This document shows, one piece after another, positions 1 through 12,689 of a stretch of 64,000 nucleotides of DNA. The notes under the pieces were generated by a model. That model saw only the letters and a list, made by a program, of their open reading frames with translations. It did not search any database and was not told the DNA's origin. Every line of letters starts with the position of its first letter. The first letter of the stretch is position 1. This DNA is from Octopus bimaculoides (lineage: Eukaryota). The DNA is taken from NCBI RefSeq assembly GCF_001194135.2, contig NC_068981.1:192857075-192921074 (forward strand). The letters are read 5' to 3'. A program made the position numbers and the translations under genes.

Positions 1-378
1 GCCCCCTTCCTCCTCCTCCTCCTCATCATTGTTGTCGTCATTGTTGTCGTCATCGTCATCATCATCGAGGAATTTCACCTGAGTCTTCGCTACACACACA
101 TATTTTCATCGTTGTCATCATCATCATCATCATCGTCGTCATCATCATCATCATCATCATCACCATTCGATAATTGGTTTCCTTACCTTATATGGCATGT
201 TTCTCAATCGAGAATTATTTGATGTTTCAAACTATAAGCTAATATCTGACCGAAAAGAAAATAACTTCATCTAATCTACAAAAATTAAATCTATAAAAAT
301 TTAATCTATAAAAATGAAATCTATAAAAATGAAATTTTATAAAACGAATGTCTTTAGAATATATTTCAATATTTTCAG

Positions 379-545
379 ATTGTGCTGAAAAGTGAACCGG
401 ATCTTCCAGACTTTGTTTATCCTAAAGACTTACATCCCAAAATATTTTGGCGTGATGTCAGGCAGCCCTTGGACCGAATGTCACGTAAATCTCTAAGATC
501 AGATTATGGCCAGAGAAATTTTTTACGCTCTCAGAATTCGAAGAG
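379..545 (+). CDS. Gene 1 (uncharacterised, 5'-partial), first visible coding exon: IVLKSEPDLPDFVYPKDLHPKIFWRDVRQPLDRMSRKSLRSDYGQRNFLRSQNSK
   Basis: ttttcag acceptor, AG|gtaact donor, 167 nt open frame ending phase 2, matching the next exon. Confidence 0.8.
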
Positions 546-767
546 GTAACTTGTCAGTCTTTGATATATTAAACTTTTAATTAATTGTATCTTCACATTT
601 ATTGTCCAGTTTCACTGACTTCAATAATTAAAAGACTCATCATCATCATCATCATCATTATCATCATTATCAGTATCAGAAGCAGCAGCAACAGCATCTA
701 ATGTCTATGACAGAACCAAGCACTAGATTGCATTCTATCTTTTTTCTCTTTTACTTGTTTCAGTCAT

Positions 768-1165
768 TAGCCAATAAAAACACACGCACTATATGTCTGG
801 TGTTCATTGGCAATGTGGGATTGCATTGCCTTGGATGTGGTTCAGCGGGCTGTCTATCAACATCCTGCTAGACTTGTCTGTGGGAGGGGATACCAAGTCT
901 CCGTTCCTTGTGCGCTGCATAAGCTTGTGTGGGCCACATTCTGGTGTATTCTCAAGTTGTTGGGCCTGTGTCTTATTCTGTCTCTTAGACACAAAAAAAA
1001 AAGAAAGAAGAAAGCAAAAGACCACTGATGAGGTCACAGATGTGTGACGAAAGAACTCTGGCCGAAATACGATTGATATAAAATAAAGCTGAAGCAAATG
1101 AACACCAAATATATAGTGTGTGTATTTTTATTGGCTAAACTGGCAACATGACCATCCCCAACTAC
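768..1165 (+). mobile_element. Hammerhead-bearing repeat with 41-bp inverted ends (Penelope-like end, inferred)
   Basis: 768-808 is the reverse complement of 1097-1137 (37/41); about 1004-1165 recurs at about 8066-8255 and its tail at about 53208-53248. Confidence 0.55.
1022..1061 (+). ncRNA. Minimal type I hammerhead ribozyme motif (Penelope-like type), family H1
   Basis: CCA-CTGATGA-G-GTCACA(GATG)TGTGAC-GAAA-GAACT-C-TGG: 3-bp stem I, core, 6-bp stem II, AG/CT stem III, CUC cleavage triplet. Confidence 0.65.
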
Positions 1166-1520
1166 ATCATCATCGTTTAGCAGTCACCCTCCATGCTAGC
1201 TTGGATTGGACGATTTGACTGAGGACCGGCAAACCAGATGGCTACACCAGGCTCCAATCTGATTTGGCAGAGTTTCTACAGCTGGATGCCCTTCCTAACG
1301 CCAACCACTCTGAGAGTGTAGTGGGTGCTTTTACGTGCCACCAGCATGAAGGCCAGTCAGGCGGTACTGGCAATAGCCACGCTCAAAACGGTGTTTTTTA
1401 CATGCCACCTGCACAGGAACCAGTTCGGCGGCACAGGCAACGATCTCGCTCAAATGTCTTTACACATGCCATCTGACACAAGTGCCAGGAAGGCGATGCT
1501 GGGCACAGGTGCCATTGACA
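1166..1520 (-). mobile_element. Repeat family B (RTE-LINE 3'UTR or RTE-tailed SINE, (ATG)n tail)
   Basis: ctacagctggatgcccttcctaacgccaaccac core, repeated more than 10 times in the window. Confidence 0.85.
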
Positions 1521-1524
1521 GTAA

Positions 1525-1652
1525 CATTTACAATGAACTACAATGAAAAAAATATGAGAAAGATATGGTATACGATATTTTTGTGCAGGGGTTTCTTGAG
1601 ACATGAAATTATTTTAAGGGTTACACAGGGGTAAAAAAGTTGAGAAATACTG
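1525..1652. mobile_element. One end of the same hAT-like MITE family
   Basis: Matches about 4660-4788, ends gttgagaaatactg. Confidence 0.7.
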
Positions 1653-2269
1653 ATTTAGAGGAATGAGCTTAACAAAGGGGCCTATACATTGATGATTGAT
1701 CAACTAGAAATAGCAACCAAGTCTTCCTTAAAACTCATTATCGTATGAAACTGAAGGATGCATTAGATAGTGTAAGTCAAGATATATTGTTCTGATGGGA
1801 GAGTCACATTTGGTTTGTCTTTGTTTATTGTACTGTAAGATCTGGACTGACTTGTGACTAAGCGGCAAACACATAGAAGAATACATGAGACAATCCTAGA
1901 TTCTCTATGTCTGATAAAAGGTGAGAGAGTCACATTTGGAATGTTTTTGATCACAGTTCTGTAGAATTAGGGCTGACCTGGTATAGACAACAAGGAAAGA
2001 CACAGTGGATGATGAAGTCCCAGATGCACTGTTTGGATGAAAGATGGGATGGTCTCAATTGGAACGTCTTTAATGAAAGTTTTACTGGACCGGCTGACTT
2101 AACACTAACCAACATCCAAGAGATTTCAATTTTGTCTTCTTTTGATTTTGAGATTGGTTAATATGGGAAAGAAAGCAGTTTCCATAATTTTATCAAATGT
2201 ATATGAACACACCAAGCAATCTTGTCAGTAATGTGTCCCATATATATTCAAAGAATACTTGTGAATATG

Positions 2270-2440
2270 CCAAATCCTCCAGCCCCCTTTAATAATATAT
2301 TCCATGCCAAATTATTCTTCAGCCCTCTTCACTGATATATGTCATACATTTACAGAACAGTTGTGAAGAAGCCAAGTTCTTCAGCCCCCTTCACTAATAT
2401 GTCCCATACATTTACAGAACAGTCGTGCCAAGTTCTCCAG
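2270..2440 (+). repeat. Degenerate tandem repeat (unit about 60 bp) overlapping the exon 2 acceptor
   Basis: ttcagccc..ttcact...catacatttacagaacagt.gtg repeated. Confidence 0.8.
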
Positions 2441-2497
2441 CAGCTACTTTGGCCACAGATAAAAATATGGATTTTGAAACCAACCAAATTCTGAAAG
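2418..2497 (+). CDS. Gene 1 exon: (R)TVVPSSPAATLATDKNMDFETNQILK
   Basis: tttacag acceptor, AAAG|gtaaga donor, 80 nt, phase 2 to phase 1 fits both neighbours. Confidence 0.7.
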
Positions 2498-3267
2498 GTA
2501 AGAGCTTTTAGCTTATGTTACCAAAGTGATTTTTGCTATTGTAATAACTTCAAAGGCGTAATGATTATAAGTGCAATATTTAGTACACAGAAGAGTTTGG
2601 TATTGACAGATGTTCTGGGAATGCTGGGGCTGGTGAATGCTAAATCACAAACCACAGAGAATTCCTGACAAACATTTGCTAAACATTTATTGAATAAAAC
2701 AGCCATCTACATATCATGCTAAATGTATATACACTGTTGATAGTCCAGTTGTTGCAGTATTTGTCTTGAAGTAACATCTGTTATGGATTTACTGTGTTAA
2801 AAACATGATAAATATCAGAGAGAGAGAGATGAAAATTTGTCCCAGTAGTGGCCAGTAAAAGTGCAAAATGCATTTCAGCCTTTTTTGGGGGCCTTTTCAA
2901 TGGCACATGTTCACAACAAGCTACATGCTTGGATGAGAATTTATTGTGTCTAATATAGGTAAAAGTGAATAAAACATTCACTGATATACATTATTTACAT
3001 TATTTACATTTGATGGATATTTGTCCTCATCTTGTTTGTTGTTAGTTGATATACCCTCCAACCTTCATCAGGTGTCTTGGGGAAATTTTGAACTTGGGTT
3101 CTCATTCCTAAGGTATTTGTCGTCGTTATTATTATTATTATTATTCAGGTCACTGCCTGGAATCAAACTTGGAATCTTTTGGTTGGTGGCCCGCGCTCTT
3201 AACAACTACGCCATATGCCCACGGGCATATGGCGATTCCAGGCAGTGACCTGAAAAATAAAAATAAT

Positions 3268-3314
<47 letters not shown>

Positions 3315-3831
3315 CAACAACAACATTGTAAAATACCTTAGGAATGAGAACCCAGGTTCGAAATTTGCCCAAGGCACCTCATGAAAGCTGGAGGGTATAT
3401 CAGCCGAAATGTGTTAACAACAAACAAGATGAGGACAAATATCCGTCAAATGTATATAACGTAAATAATGTAAATAATATACAAAATTTCTCATCTCTTA
3501 AATATAGAACTACATTCACTGATGTTGCAAACAGTTGCCCAACTAAATAAAAATCCACTTTACACAATTGAGACAGTATTTAATTAAAACAGACATTTGT
3601 GTATCATACTTAATGTATACGTACTGTTGATAATGTATATACTCTGTTCTAAAAAAAGAGAATGTGTCAGGGTGTATAATTTATGAAAGTGAAACTGTAG
3701 AATTTGACTGAAGTAATAATGGTGGACATGGTAAATTCACAAGAAGAAAATGTTTACAATGTGGAATAAGTAGTACAAGGGAGAGGGAGTGGTGACTGAC
3801 CGCGTAGAGAATGATATTATATGGTATATAG

Positions 3832-4788
3832 CAGCATTTCTCAACTGGGGTTCCCCGAACCCTAAGGCTCTGCAAAAGGTTCCTTGGGGTTCTGCTAGAA
3901 AGAGTGAGATAAGCTAATGCTAATTTCATGATCGTAATATCATCATCATCATCATCATTTAATGTCTGTTTTTCATGCTGGCATGGGTTGGACGGTTTGA
4001 CTGTGATCTGGGAAGCCAGGTGGCTGCACCAGGCCCCAATCTGATCCGGCAGTGTTTCTACAGCTGGATGCCCTTCCTAATGCCAACCACTCTGAGAGTG
4101 TAGTGGGGGATTTTTACATGCCACCGGCACAGGGGCCAGAGGGGGCTGGCATCGACCACAGTCGGATGGTGCTTTTTACGTGCCACCAGCACGGGGATCA
4201 CAACTACAATTTCCATTTGATTGTGATTTGATTTGACTTTGATGTACTTGACTCAATAGGTCTCCTCAAACACGGCATGTCACCCTACGATCCAAGGAAG
4301 TTTTGAGTGGGCTGGTTATACGACACTGGTGTAGGTTACAGCTGTGAACTCACTTTATTAGCCAGGTCTTCTCAGTCACAGTATATCTCCAGAGGTCTCG
4401 GTCTTTTGTCATTGCCTTTGTGAGTCCCAACATACGAAGGTCATGCTTCACCACCTCATCCCATGTCTTCCTGGGTCTCCCTCTACCCTGGATTCCTTCC
4501 ACTGTTTGGGAGTGGCACTTCTTCACACAGCTCTCCTCATCCATCTGTAGTACATGACCATACCAACACAAACGTCTCTCTTGCATGCCACATCCGATGC
4601 TTCCTGTGTCCAACATTTCTCTCAGGGCACTTACACTCTTGTGTCATATATATATATATATTTACTATGTGAACTACGATGAAAAAATATAAGAATGATA
4701 TGGTATATAATTTTTTTGTGCAGGGGTTCCTTGAGACATGTGATTTATTTTAAGGGTTACGCAAAGGTAGAAAGGTTGAGAAACATTG
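3832..4788. mobile_element. hAT-like MITE split by a nested LINE insertion
   Basis: Imperfect 14-bp TIRs (cagcatttctcaac / gttgagaaacattg) and 8-bp TSD GTATATAG at 3824-3831 and 4789-4796. Confidence 0.8.
3938..4640 (-). mobile_element. 5'-truncated RTE-clade LINE: RT-downstream ORF end plus 3'UTR (family B tail)
   Basis: ORF 4350-4616 RRLCWYGHVLQMDEESCVKK...GRGRPRKTW...DRDLWR, contiguous with the family B tail. Confidence 0.85.
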
Positions 4789-5220
4789 GTATATAGTGGC
4801 AGGATCTGCTTCCATTTCTTACAGTAGAATAATACAATTGATAGGGGAGTAATGAAGGCATAAGTGATAGGGTAATGAGATGTGGAGTTAAAGGTTGAGC
4901 ATGGGGCAGAGTGAGAGAGAGATACAAGAAAAGGTAATGAATATTGATGGAAAGAGTGAAGAATGGACTATCAATAAAAAGTGGTTTGGTGGGAGAGATG
5001 TCACTTCAATTATATATGTACTTGCAATTATACATGTAAATAATTCAATATCAACAGAACATTCTGGAACTGGTACAAGTGAGAACAAAGAACAGAAACG
5101 TAAATCTCGTGAGTTAGATAACATTTTTTTATTCACACATATTTTCAAGATTGTTTGACATCTATTTCTACCATTGCTGGAAAAGACAGAATGGAATTTT
5201 AATATTTGGAGATGATTAAT

Positions 5221-5630
5221 AACATGGCTATATGGTAAGAAGTTTGCTTCCCAAACCACGTGGTTCCAGGTTCAGTACCCCACTACATGGTACCTTGAGC
5301 AAGTGTCTTCTAATATAGCCTTGGGCTGACCAAAACCTTGTGAGTGGATTTAGTCGACAAAAAATGAAAGAAAGCCAGTGGCATGCATGCATGTATGTGT
5401 GTGTTTGCATCTGTGTTTCCCTCGCTCCACTCCCACTGCTTAACAACTGGTGTTGGTTTGTTTACATCCCTGTAACTTAGTAGTTTGGCAAAAGAAGCTG
5501 ATAGAATAAGCATCAGGCTTAAAAAGAGAATAAGTGATAGGATTCATTTGTTTGACTAAAAATTCTTCAAGGCAGTGCCCCAGCATGGTCACAGACTAAT
5601 GACTGAGTAAAATAAAAGATAAAAGATAGA
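5221..5630 (+). mobile_element. tRNA-derived SINE family A
   Basis: Head ggctatatggtaagaagtttgcttccc...ggttcagt, body gtggatt...aaactgaaagaagcc, tail gactgagtaaaataaaag. Confidence 0.85.
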
Positions 5631-6544
5631 AGATGATACCACAGTAAAAATTATAATATTTGCTAATTATAATTGCTATTAATTACGATAAGGCAAGTGG
5701 ATTAACAAAATTGGTTGAAAGGCAAACTAAAAAATGTCTTGCAAGTATTTAATTGTTGCCCTTTTGTTTTATTAGCCTTGTTTATTTCCATGCTAGAATG
5801 GGTTACATCAGGGGTCACCAAACCTATTTCGTGGCAGGCCAGATAACGGAGAGAATGATGAGCACGGGCTACATAACCGTTTTCTTCAATACAGTACAGT
5901 GAACACACAAAGAATAAAGACAATCAACATATTTATTTACCAAAAAGTTATCAAAGAAGACGACATTAGCAATAAGAAGGCTATACCAGACTCCAATCTG
6001 ACCTAGCAAGGCTTTTACCATGTGTATATATACTTTGGTGTGTGTGTGTCTCTGTGTGTTTGTGAATTGGGATCTTGTGTGTGTGTGTGTGTCTTTCGGT
6101 ATGTGTGGGTGCCTCAGATTGCCAGCATATGTATTTATACATATATTTCCATTAACACGTCTAATTACATTTTGGACAAATACTTTTTTTACATATATTT
6201 GTATTGACTTCTTCTCTTGTTGTTAATGCTGTTCCTTATATAGACACCAATGTAATTCCTTCCCAAATAAATTGCAATTCATATTCGAGGCTCTGATGTA
6301 GCTGTAAGGTGTTATTCAGCAGAAACAGCTGTTAGCTAATGAAGTTCATAAGATAATCATTCGTTCCTTTGTCATCTCTCTTTTTTTATATATGTATGTA
6401 CATGTATGTGTGTGTGTATGTATATATGTATGTGTGTGTATATTTATGTGCATGTGTGTATATATATATGTATGTGTGTGTATATATATGTGTGTGTGTG
6501 TGTATATGTATGAGTGTGTGGGTGCATATTTGTGTGTGTGTGTG

Positions 6545-6576
<32 letters not shown>

Positions 6577-6595
6577 TATGAGTGTATGTATTTAT

Positions 6596-6630
<35 letters not shown>

Positions 6631-6791
6631 TATAAACCATGACTTCCCTAGACATTTCATGTTATTGCTGTTATTTTTTCCCAAGTTGGCTCTGATCAAG
6701 TAAATCAACAGTTAATGAAACTTTTGCTGTTATTTCCAGCATATCAAATGACCTCTCTCCATACTCCCACACAATGTCTCTCATTATACAA

Positions 6792-6833
<42 letters not shown>

Positions 6834-8065
6834 TTTTCTTTCTTGCCTTTAACCCTCCAACGCGGAGTATAGGCCACTTATAATNNNNNNNNNNNNNNNN
6901 NNNNNNNNNNNNNNNNNNNNNNNNNNNNNNNNNNNNNNNNNNNNNNNNNNNNNNNNNNNNNNNNNNNNNNNNNNNNNNNNNNNNNNNNNNNNNNNNNNNN
7001 NNNNNNNNNNNNNNNNNNNNNNNNNNNNNNNNNNNNNNNNNNNNNNNNNNNNNNNNNNNNNNNNNNNNNNNNNNNNNNNNNNNNNNNNNNNNNNNNNNNN
7101 NNNNNNNNNNNNNNNNNNNNNNNNNNNNNNNNNNNNNNNNNNNNNNNNNNNNNNNNNNNNNNNNNNNNNNNNNNNNNNNNNNNNNNNNNNNNNNNNNNNN
7201 NNNNNNNNNNNNNNNNNNNNNNNNNNNNNNNNNNNNNNNNNNNNNNNNNNNNNNNNNNNNNNNNNNNNNNNNNNNNNNNNNNNNNNNNNNNNNNNNNNNN
7301 NNNNNNNNNNNNNNNNNNNNNNNNNNNNNNNNNNNNNNNNNNNNNNNNNNNNNNNNNNNNNNNNNNNTATATATATATATATACATACATACATATTTCT
7401 GTATTAGATGTATTCTATATTTAGCTGCTTGCAATCCTATATGTTAATATAGTATTAAGTGATATGATGATAGCCAACTCTTAAAACAGATGGAATCACC
7501 AAAGTTAGGTGAAACATAGTATTGTTAATTTGCACACCTACAGGAAGTGTCTTGGAGCAGTGTCATGTTACCACTGTTCCAATTTTATGCTGAGGACTGC
7601 TGTACTCAATTCTCTGTTGATTTTCAACTGAACTATAAGATTTTTGTTACATGAGAAAGTTTTCAATGAAGTTTTGTTAGACACAGCTGTGTAGTTAAGA
7701 AGTTTGCTTGCCAACCTCTTGGTTCCGTGTTCAGTCCCCGTTGTATGGCACTGTAGCAAGCATCTTTTACTATAGCCCTGGGCCAGCCAATGCTTTCTAA
7801 ATGAATATGGTAGATGGAAACTGTATGGAAGCTTATTGTGTCATCATCGTCATTGTCATTATCACCACCACCACCACCACCACCACCACCACCACCACCA
7901 CCACNNNNNNNNNNNNNNNNNNNNNNNNNNNNNNNNNNNNNNNNNNNNNNNNNNNNNNNNNNNNNNNNNNNNNNNNNNNNNNNNNNNNNNNNNNNNNNNN
8001 NNNNNNNNNNNNNNNNNNNNCATTTTGTACAAAATGGCTGATAGTTAGCAAGGTGAGACACACAT

Positions 8066-8253
8066 AAGAAAGAAGGAAACAAAGGACCACTGATGAGGTC
8101 ACAGAAGTGTGACGAAAGAACTCTGGCCGAAATAAGATTAAGATTAAGATTAATGTAATATAAAGCTGAAAAAAAAAGAAAAAAAAAATTAACACCAAAT
8201 ATACAGTGCGTGTGTTTTTATTGGCTAAACTGGCAATATGACCATCCCCAAGT

Positions 8254-8255
<2 letters not shown>
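8066..8255 (+). mobile_element. Second copy of the hammerhead-bearing repeat
   Basis: Direct similarity to 1004-1165. Confidence 0.55.
8087..8126 (+). ncRNA. Second copy of hammerhead family H1
   Basis: CCA-CTGATGA-G-GTCACA(GAAG)TGTGAC-GAAA-GAACT-C-TGG; differs from the 1022 copy only in loop II. Confidence 0.65.
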
Positions 8256-8294
<39 letters not shown>

Positions 8295-8317
8295 TTATCT
8301 GTCAGGTCTGACAGATA

Positions 8318-8495
8318 ATGCATGCTGGGCGAAATGCTTAGTGGTATTTCTGAGTTCAAATTCCACTGAGGTTGACTTTGCCTTTCATCCTTTCAGGGTC
8401 GACAAATTAAGTACCAATTGCATACTGGGGTCAATCTAATTGACTGGCCTCCTCCCCTAAAATTTCGGGCTTTGTACTTAGAGTAGAAAGGAATA
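8318..8495 (+). mobile_element. tRNA-derived SINE family C
   Basis: gagttcaaattcc B-box-like head plus gactttgcctttcatcctt body shared by more than 12 copies. Confidence 0.8.
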
Positions 8496-8572
8496 TATAT
8501 GTGTCTCCCTTTGTGTCATTTATCTGTCCCAATGTTTAAAGCCCTCTATTGCGTTTTTGTTCCATTTTTATA

Positions 8573-8605
<33 letters not shown>

Positions 8606-8623
8606 TTAGTTAAATATTATTAA

Positions 8624-8935
8624 TGGAGGCGCAATGGCCCAGCGGTTAGGGCAGCGGGCTTGCGGTCGGAGGATTGTGGTTTCGACTCCCAGACCGTGTG
8701 TTGTGTGTGTTTATTGATCGAAAATGCCTAAAGTTCCATGAGGCTCCAGCAGGGGGTGGTGGCGACCCCTGTTGTACTCTTTCACCCCAACTTTCTCTCA
8801 TTCTTCCTTCCTGTTTCTTGAGTAATGCTGTGATGGACTGGCGTCCCGTCCAGCTGGGGGGAAATGGATACGCCATAGAAACCAGGAAACCGGGTCCATG
8901 AGCCTAGCTAGGCTTTAAAAGGGTGCATAATAATA
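8624..8935 (+). mobile_element. tRNA-derived SINE family D, near full length
   Basis: GC-rich tRNA-like head (A box tggcccagcgg, B box ggtttcgactccc), (AAT)n tail; reverse copy at about 24940-25117. Confidence 0.8.
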
Positions 8936-9349
8936 ATTAAATATGATTAAGCTGATATTGGAATATAAATAAATAAAGAGGTTTTTACAAATAAATTTTT
9001 AAGGAAATTTTTGATTTTAAATCTAAATATTTTAAAACTAGAGAATTCATATCCTGGAACCAGAGGTGGTCTCAGTTGGGTTGCTATCAAAAGTTTTAAT
9101 CAGTCTCAGAATGATATCTGGTATTATGTTGGATACCTTATCAGCAGAGGATGACAAAGGTGGAGGTGATACTTCACAGCAAAGCACAGAACAAATAAAG
9201 ATTGAATAATTCATCAATATCTGTTTTTTGATCTGTTAAGTTAGGGGCTACAAAGAGACATAAGCAACATTTTTTTGCTGGTATAAGCTTAAAAGCAGTC
9301 TATGTCTGTCTGTCTGTCTCTGCCTGTCTGAAGAGGGTCAAACAGCATA

Positions 9350-9590
9350 ATCGACTATCACTCCTCACCACCATCACTCAGGAATTCCAAACTGCAGCAG
9401 GACCTACTCCAAACACCATGATTGTTTGATGCGAGGTGCAAACACTTGGTTTCCATGGAAGAGCATCTGCCCATATGTCACACATCGCACAGACAAATGC
9501 TCAATACTGCCTCACATGGTTTAAAGAGTGCCAAAACTGGATTATAGGACAGTGGAAAGCCATTGTGTAGAGTGATGAAGGTCAAATGTA
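9350..9590 (+). mobile_element. Tc1 transposase fossil
   Basis: Reads TITQEFQTAAG...LGFHGRASAH...NAQYCLTWFKECQNWIIGQWKAIV*SDE with stops. Confidence 0.75.
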
Positions 9591-10779
9591 ATTTTAAATT
9601 AAATTAAATAAAAAGAATTTTTGAAAATTAAACCATTAAATAGATTAAGGATTAAAATTTAAAACTAAAAATTAAAAAAGATAAAATTAGAATTAAAACA
9701 AATTAGAAAATTAAAAGAATTAAAAGAATTTTAGAAAATAATAAAAAGGTAATAATAAAACAATAATAATAAAAAATAAAGTTAAATTTTTAAAATTTTG
9801 TAAGTTTTAAAATGTTTAAAGTTTAACGAAATTAAAAAAATATATATATACATGCACACACATGCACATACATACACATACACACACATATATACGTACA
9901 CACACACACACACACACATGCATATAGTGCCGCTGGACTGACTCCTGTGCAGGTGGCATGTAAAAAACACCACTTGAGCGTGGCTGTTGCCAGTGCNNNN
10001 NNNNNNNNNNNNNNNNNNNNNNNNNNNNNNNNNNNNNNNNNNNNNNNNNNNNNNNNNNNNNNNNNNNNNNNNNNNNNNNNNNNNNNNNNNNNNNNNNNNN
10101 NNNNNNNNNNNNNNNNNNNNNNNNNNNNNNNNNNNNNNNNNNNNNNNNNNNNNNNNNNNNNNNNNNNNNNNNNNNNNNNNNNNNNNNNNNNNNNNNNNNN
10201 NNNNNNNNNNNNNNNNNNNNNNNNNNNNNNNNNNNNNNNNNNNNNNNNNNNNNNNNNNNNNNNNNNNNCACCACCACCACCACCACCACCACTACCACCA
10301 CCATCATCCTCATCATCATCATCATCATCATCATCGTCATCATCATCATTTAACATCCATTTTTCCATGCTGGCATGGATTGGATGGTTTAACAGGAGCT
10401 GGCAAGGCCAAGAGCTGCTCCAGGTTCCATTGTCTGTTTTGGCATGTTTTCTGCAGCTGGATGCACTTCCTAATGCCAACCTCTTTACAGAGTTTGCTGG
10501 GTGTTTTTTATGGGGCACCAGCACCAGTGCTTTTTTGACAAAAGAAACAAAACAAACCACTTTCACGCCTGATAAACATTGTATAGTAATCCCTATTTTG
10601 CTGAGCTTCTTCTCAGCTAATTAACAGGAACTAATAAACGCCTTATTGGTTCTATAATCATTATAGTAATCACTGCTCTCTACTAATTAACAAGAATTAG
10701 CAAATGACAAATTGGTTTTATATTTAATATAGTAATCACTATTTTGCTGAGCTCCTGTAATACTGGTATTATTGTTATT

Positions 10780-10810
<31 letters not shown>

Positions 10811-11689
10811 TTATTATTATTATTTGCTGAACCTGATAGTTATATCCTCAGCGCACTCTATATTATATTATTTCTAAAGTATAAAGCAGATGTGTTATAA
10901 GATACATCGGCTGTGAATCTATATTGGGTAACAGGCTAATGTTGGGGATAAAATGCTGCAACACACAATGGAATGCTGGTTCCTGTTAGTCTCAGCTGTA
11001 AAGGAGTTAAATGTGAAATGTCTTTTATTTCTGTTTTACATTTTTGAAGGCATCTTGTTGTTTGTAGGTGTTCAGCAGTTAATGTTGCTTAGAGGTTCTT
11101 GGGGAGTGTGACTTTAAATAAAACCAGGTAAAACAAAAGCAGTCTTACCCTAGGCTCAATCATATAAGTAAGATTTATAGAATAATATATTCTTATAAAA
11201 GCATCAACAAACTTTTAAATGAAAACTTAAAAAACATTTTCAATTATCAAACGTTGAAATAAATCCTTTTGTTATTATATTTCTGTTGAAATATACTTCC
11301 ATTATTTCAATTAATTTTGAAAATAATGAAGGATTTACTAAAGTAATTTTCTCATGATTAAGCTGACATTTTAAACATAAATTGACATCAAATTTTGTTG
11401 AAAGGTTTTAATTTCAATCACTATAAAGATTTGTAGATTTGTATCTTACAACCAAAGGCTTTTTATGATCAAAAAGGGTTAAGAAAGATTAATAAAAACC
11501 AGTAAAATAATTATTTAATAAATAGACATGTTCAAGGTTTCTAATGTCTTTTTTTTTTGTTTGTTTCTGCAATTTCTTGTGATAGATGCATCCACTCTAT
11601 TTATTAATAATTAACACTATAATAATTAAACTGTTTATTTCTCAACTTTTGTCCTTTTGATGAGTTTTCTTTCATGAAAATGATCAAAG

Positions 11690-12330
11690 TTTTAATTAAA
11701 AGCTGAAAAACCCCAGCCAGAATCGTTTGTTGTTAGAATTCATGGTGATTCCACATTTTCACTGTTATCATGTTCATCTTCAGCACCATGTTGCTTCATA
11801 TCTTAAGAAATCTTCATTAGCCATTTCTTCACCATGAGATTCAATAAATTCCACCAAATTTTCTTAATTCATTTCCTTGATTTCTGCCTGGTACATTCAT
11901 TACAACAAACATCAGATAAACATTTTCTCTTGACTTCTTGAAATCCAGGAAGTCTGTGAGTCAGCCTGGGTGACTTTAATTCAGACAATATCCATTGTAG
12001 TTATTCCTACTCATCACCAGACTGCAGTTACATTTTCTGTCACATTAAAATTCCTTTACAAAACTAGTTTTGGTTTTACCTTTTCAGAACAACGTCATTT
12101 TCTTAGATTCACCATAAAAATCAGGCTTTGAATGTAGCAACAACCCACCTCCTGGTCCATAAGTCCAATCCAGCCGGTTGTGTTTTGTGACCCAACACTA
12201 TCTGTCAGGTGATCAATGCTAGGTGAGTCACCTGAAGCATTGTCCACAAGAAGTTTTATTTCTGTTGGCCTTTTGCACATGATATTAAATGGAGATTCTA
12301 ATAAAATGGTACAAATAAATAAATAACTGT
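11690..12330 (-). mobile_element. Tigger/pogo transposase fossil, C-terminal half
   Basis: LLVDNASGDSP...NTTGWIGLMDQEV resembles the DDE_1 motif LLLDNAPGHP...NTTSLIQPMDQGVI; acidic ESHGEEMANED tail. Confidence 0.7.
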
Positions 12331-12689
12331 GGAGATAGAATAAATGTGCAAATTAAAACAAAGCAGCTGAGTAAGAAACTGCTACACAGCCTGCGAGATG
12401 CAAAAAGTAGCAACTTATGCAAATGCTTATCCCTTGATTTATGCCTGTTGCAATGACAGCTAAATGTGCTCTGTGCACAACCGTTGTGAACAAAAAGAAA
12501 AACAAAAAAGGAGAGAGAGAGAGAGAATATTTAGGAATGAAATTAGTAGTATTACAGAAATTCAATGAGGGCTAACAAGTTGTAGGTATTGGAAGAACTC
12601 TCAATCTGCAACCAATGAATGCATGAACAAGTTATAGTAATGTCAAAAAATTTACACTTTGTTCTCAAAATATAACATTTTTAGCTGCA

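Noticed and set aside
1955-2161. Open frame of about 66 codons in intron 1
   Set aside because: No convincing splice sites in a compatible phase; partly repeat-derived
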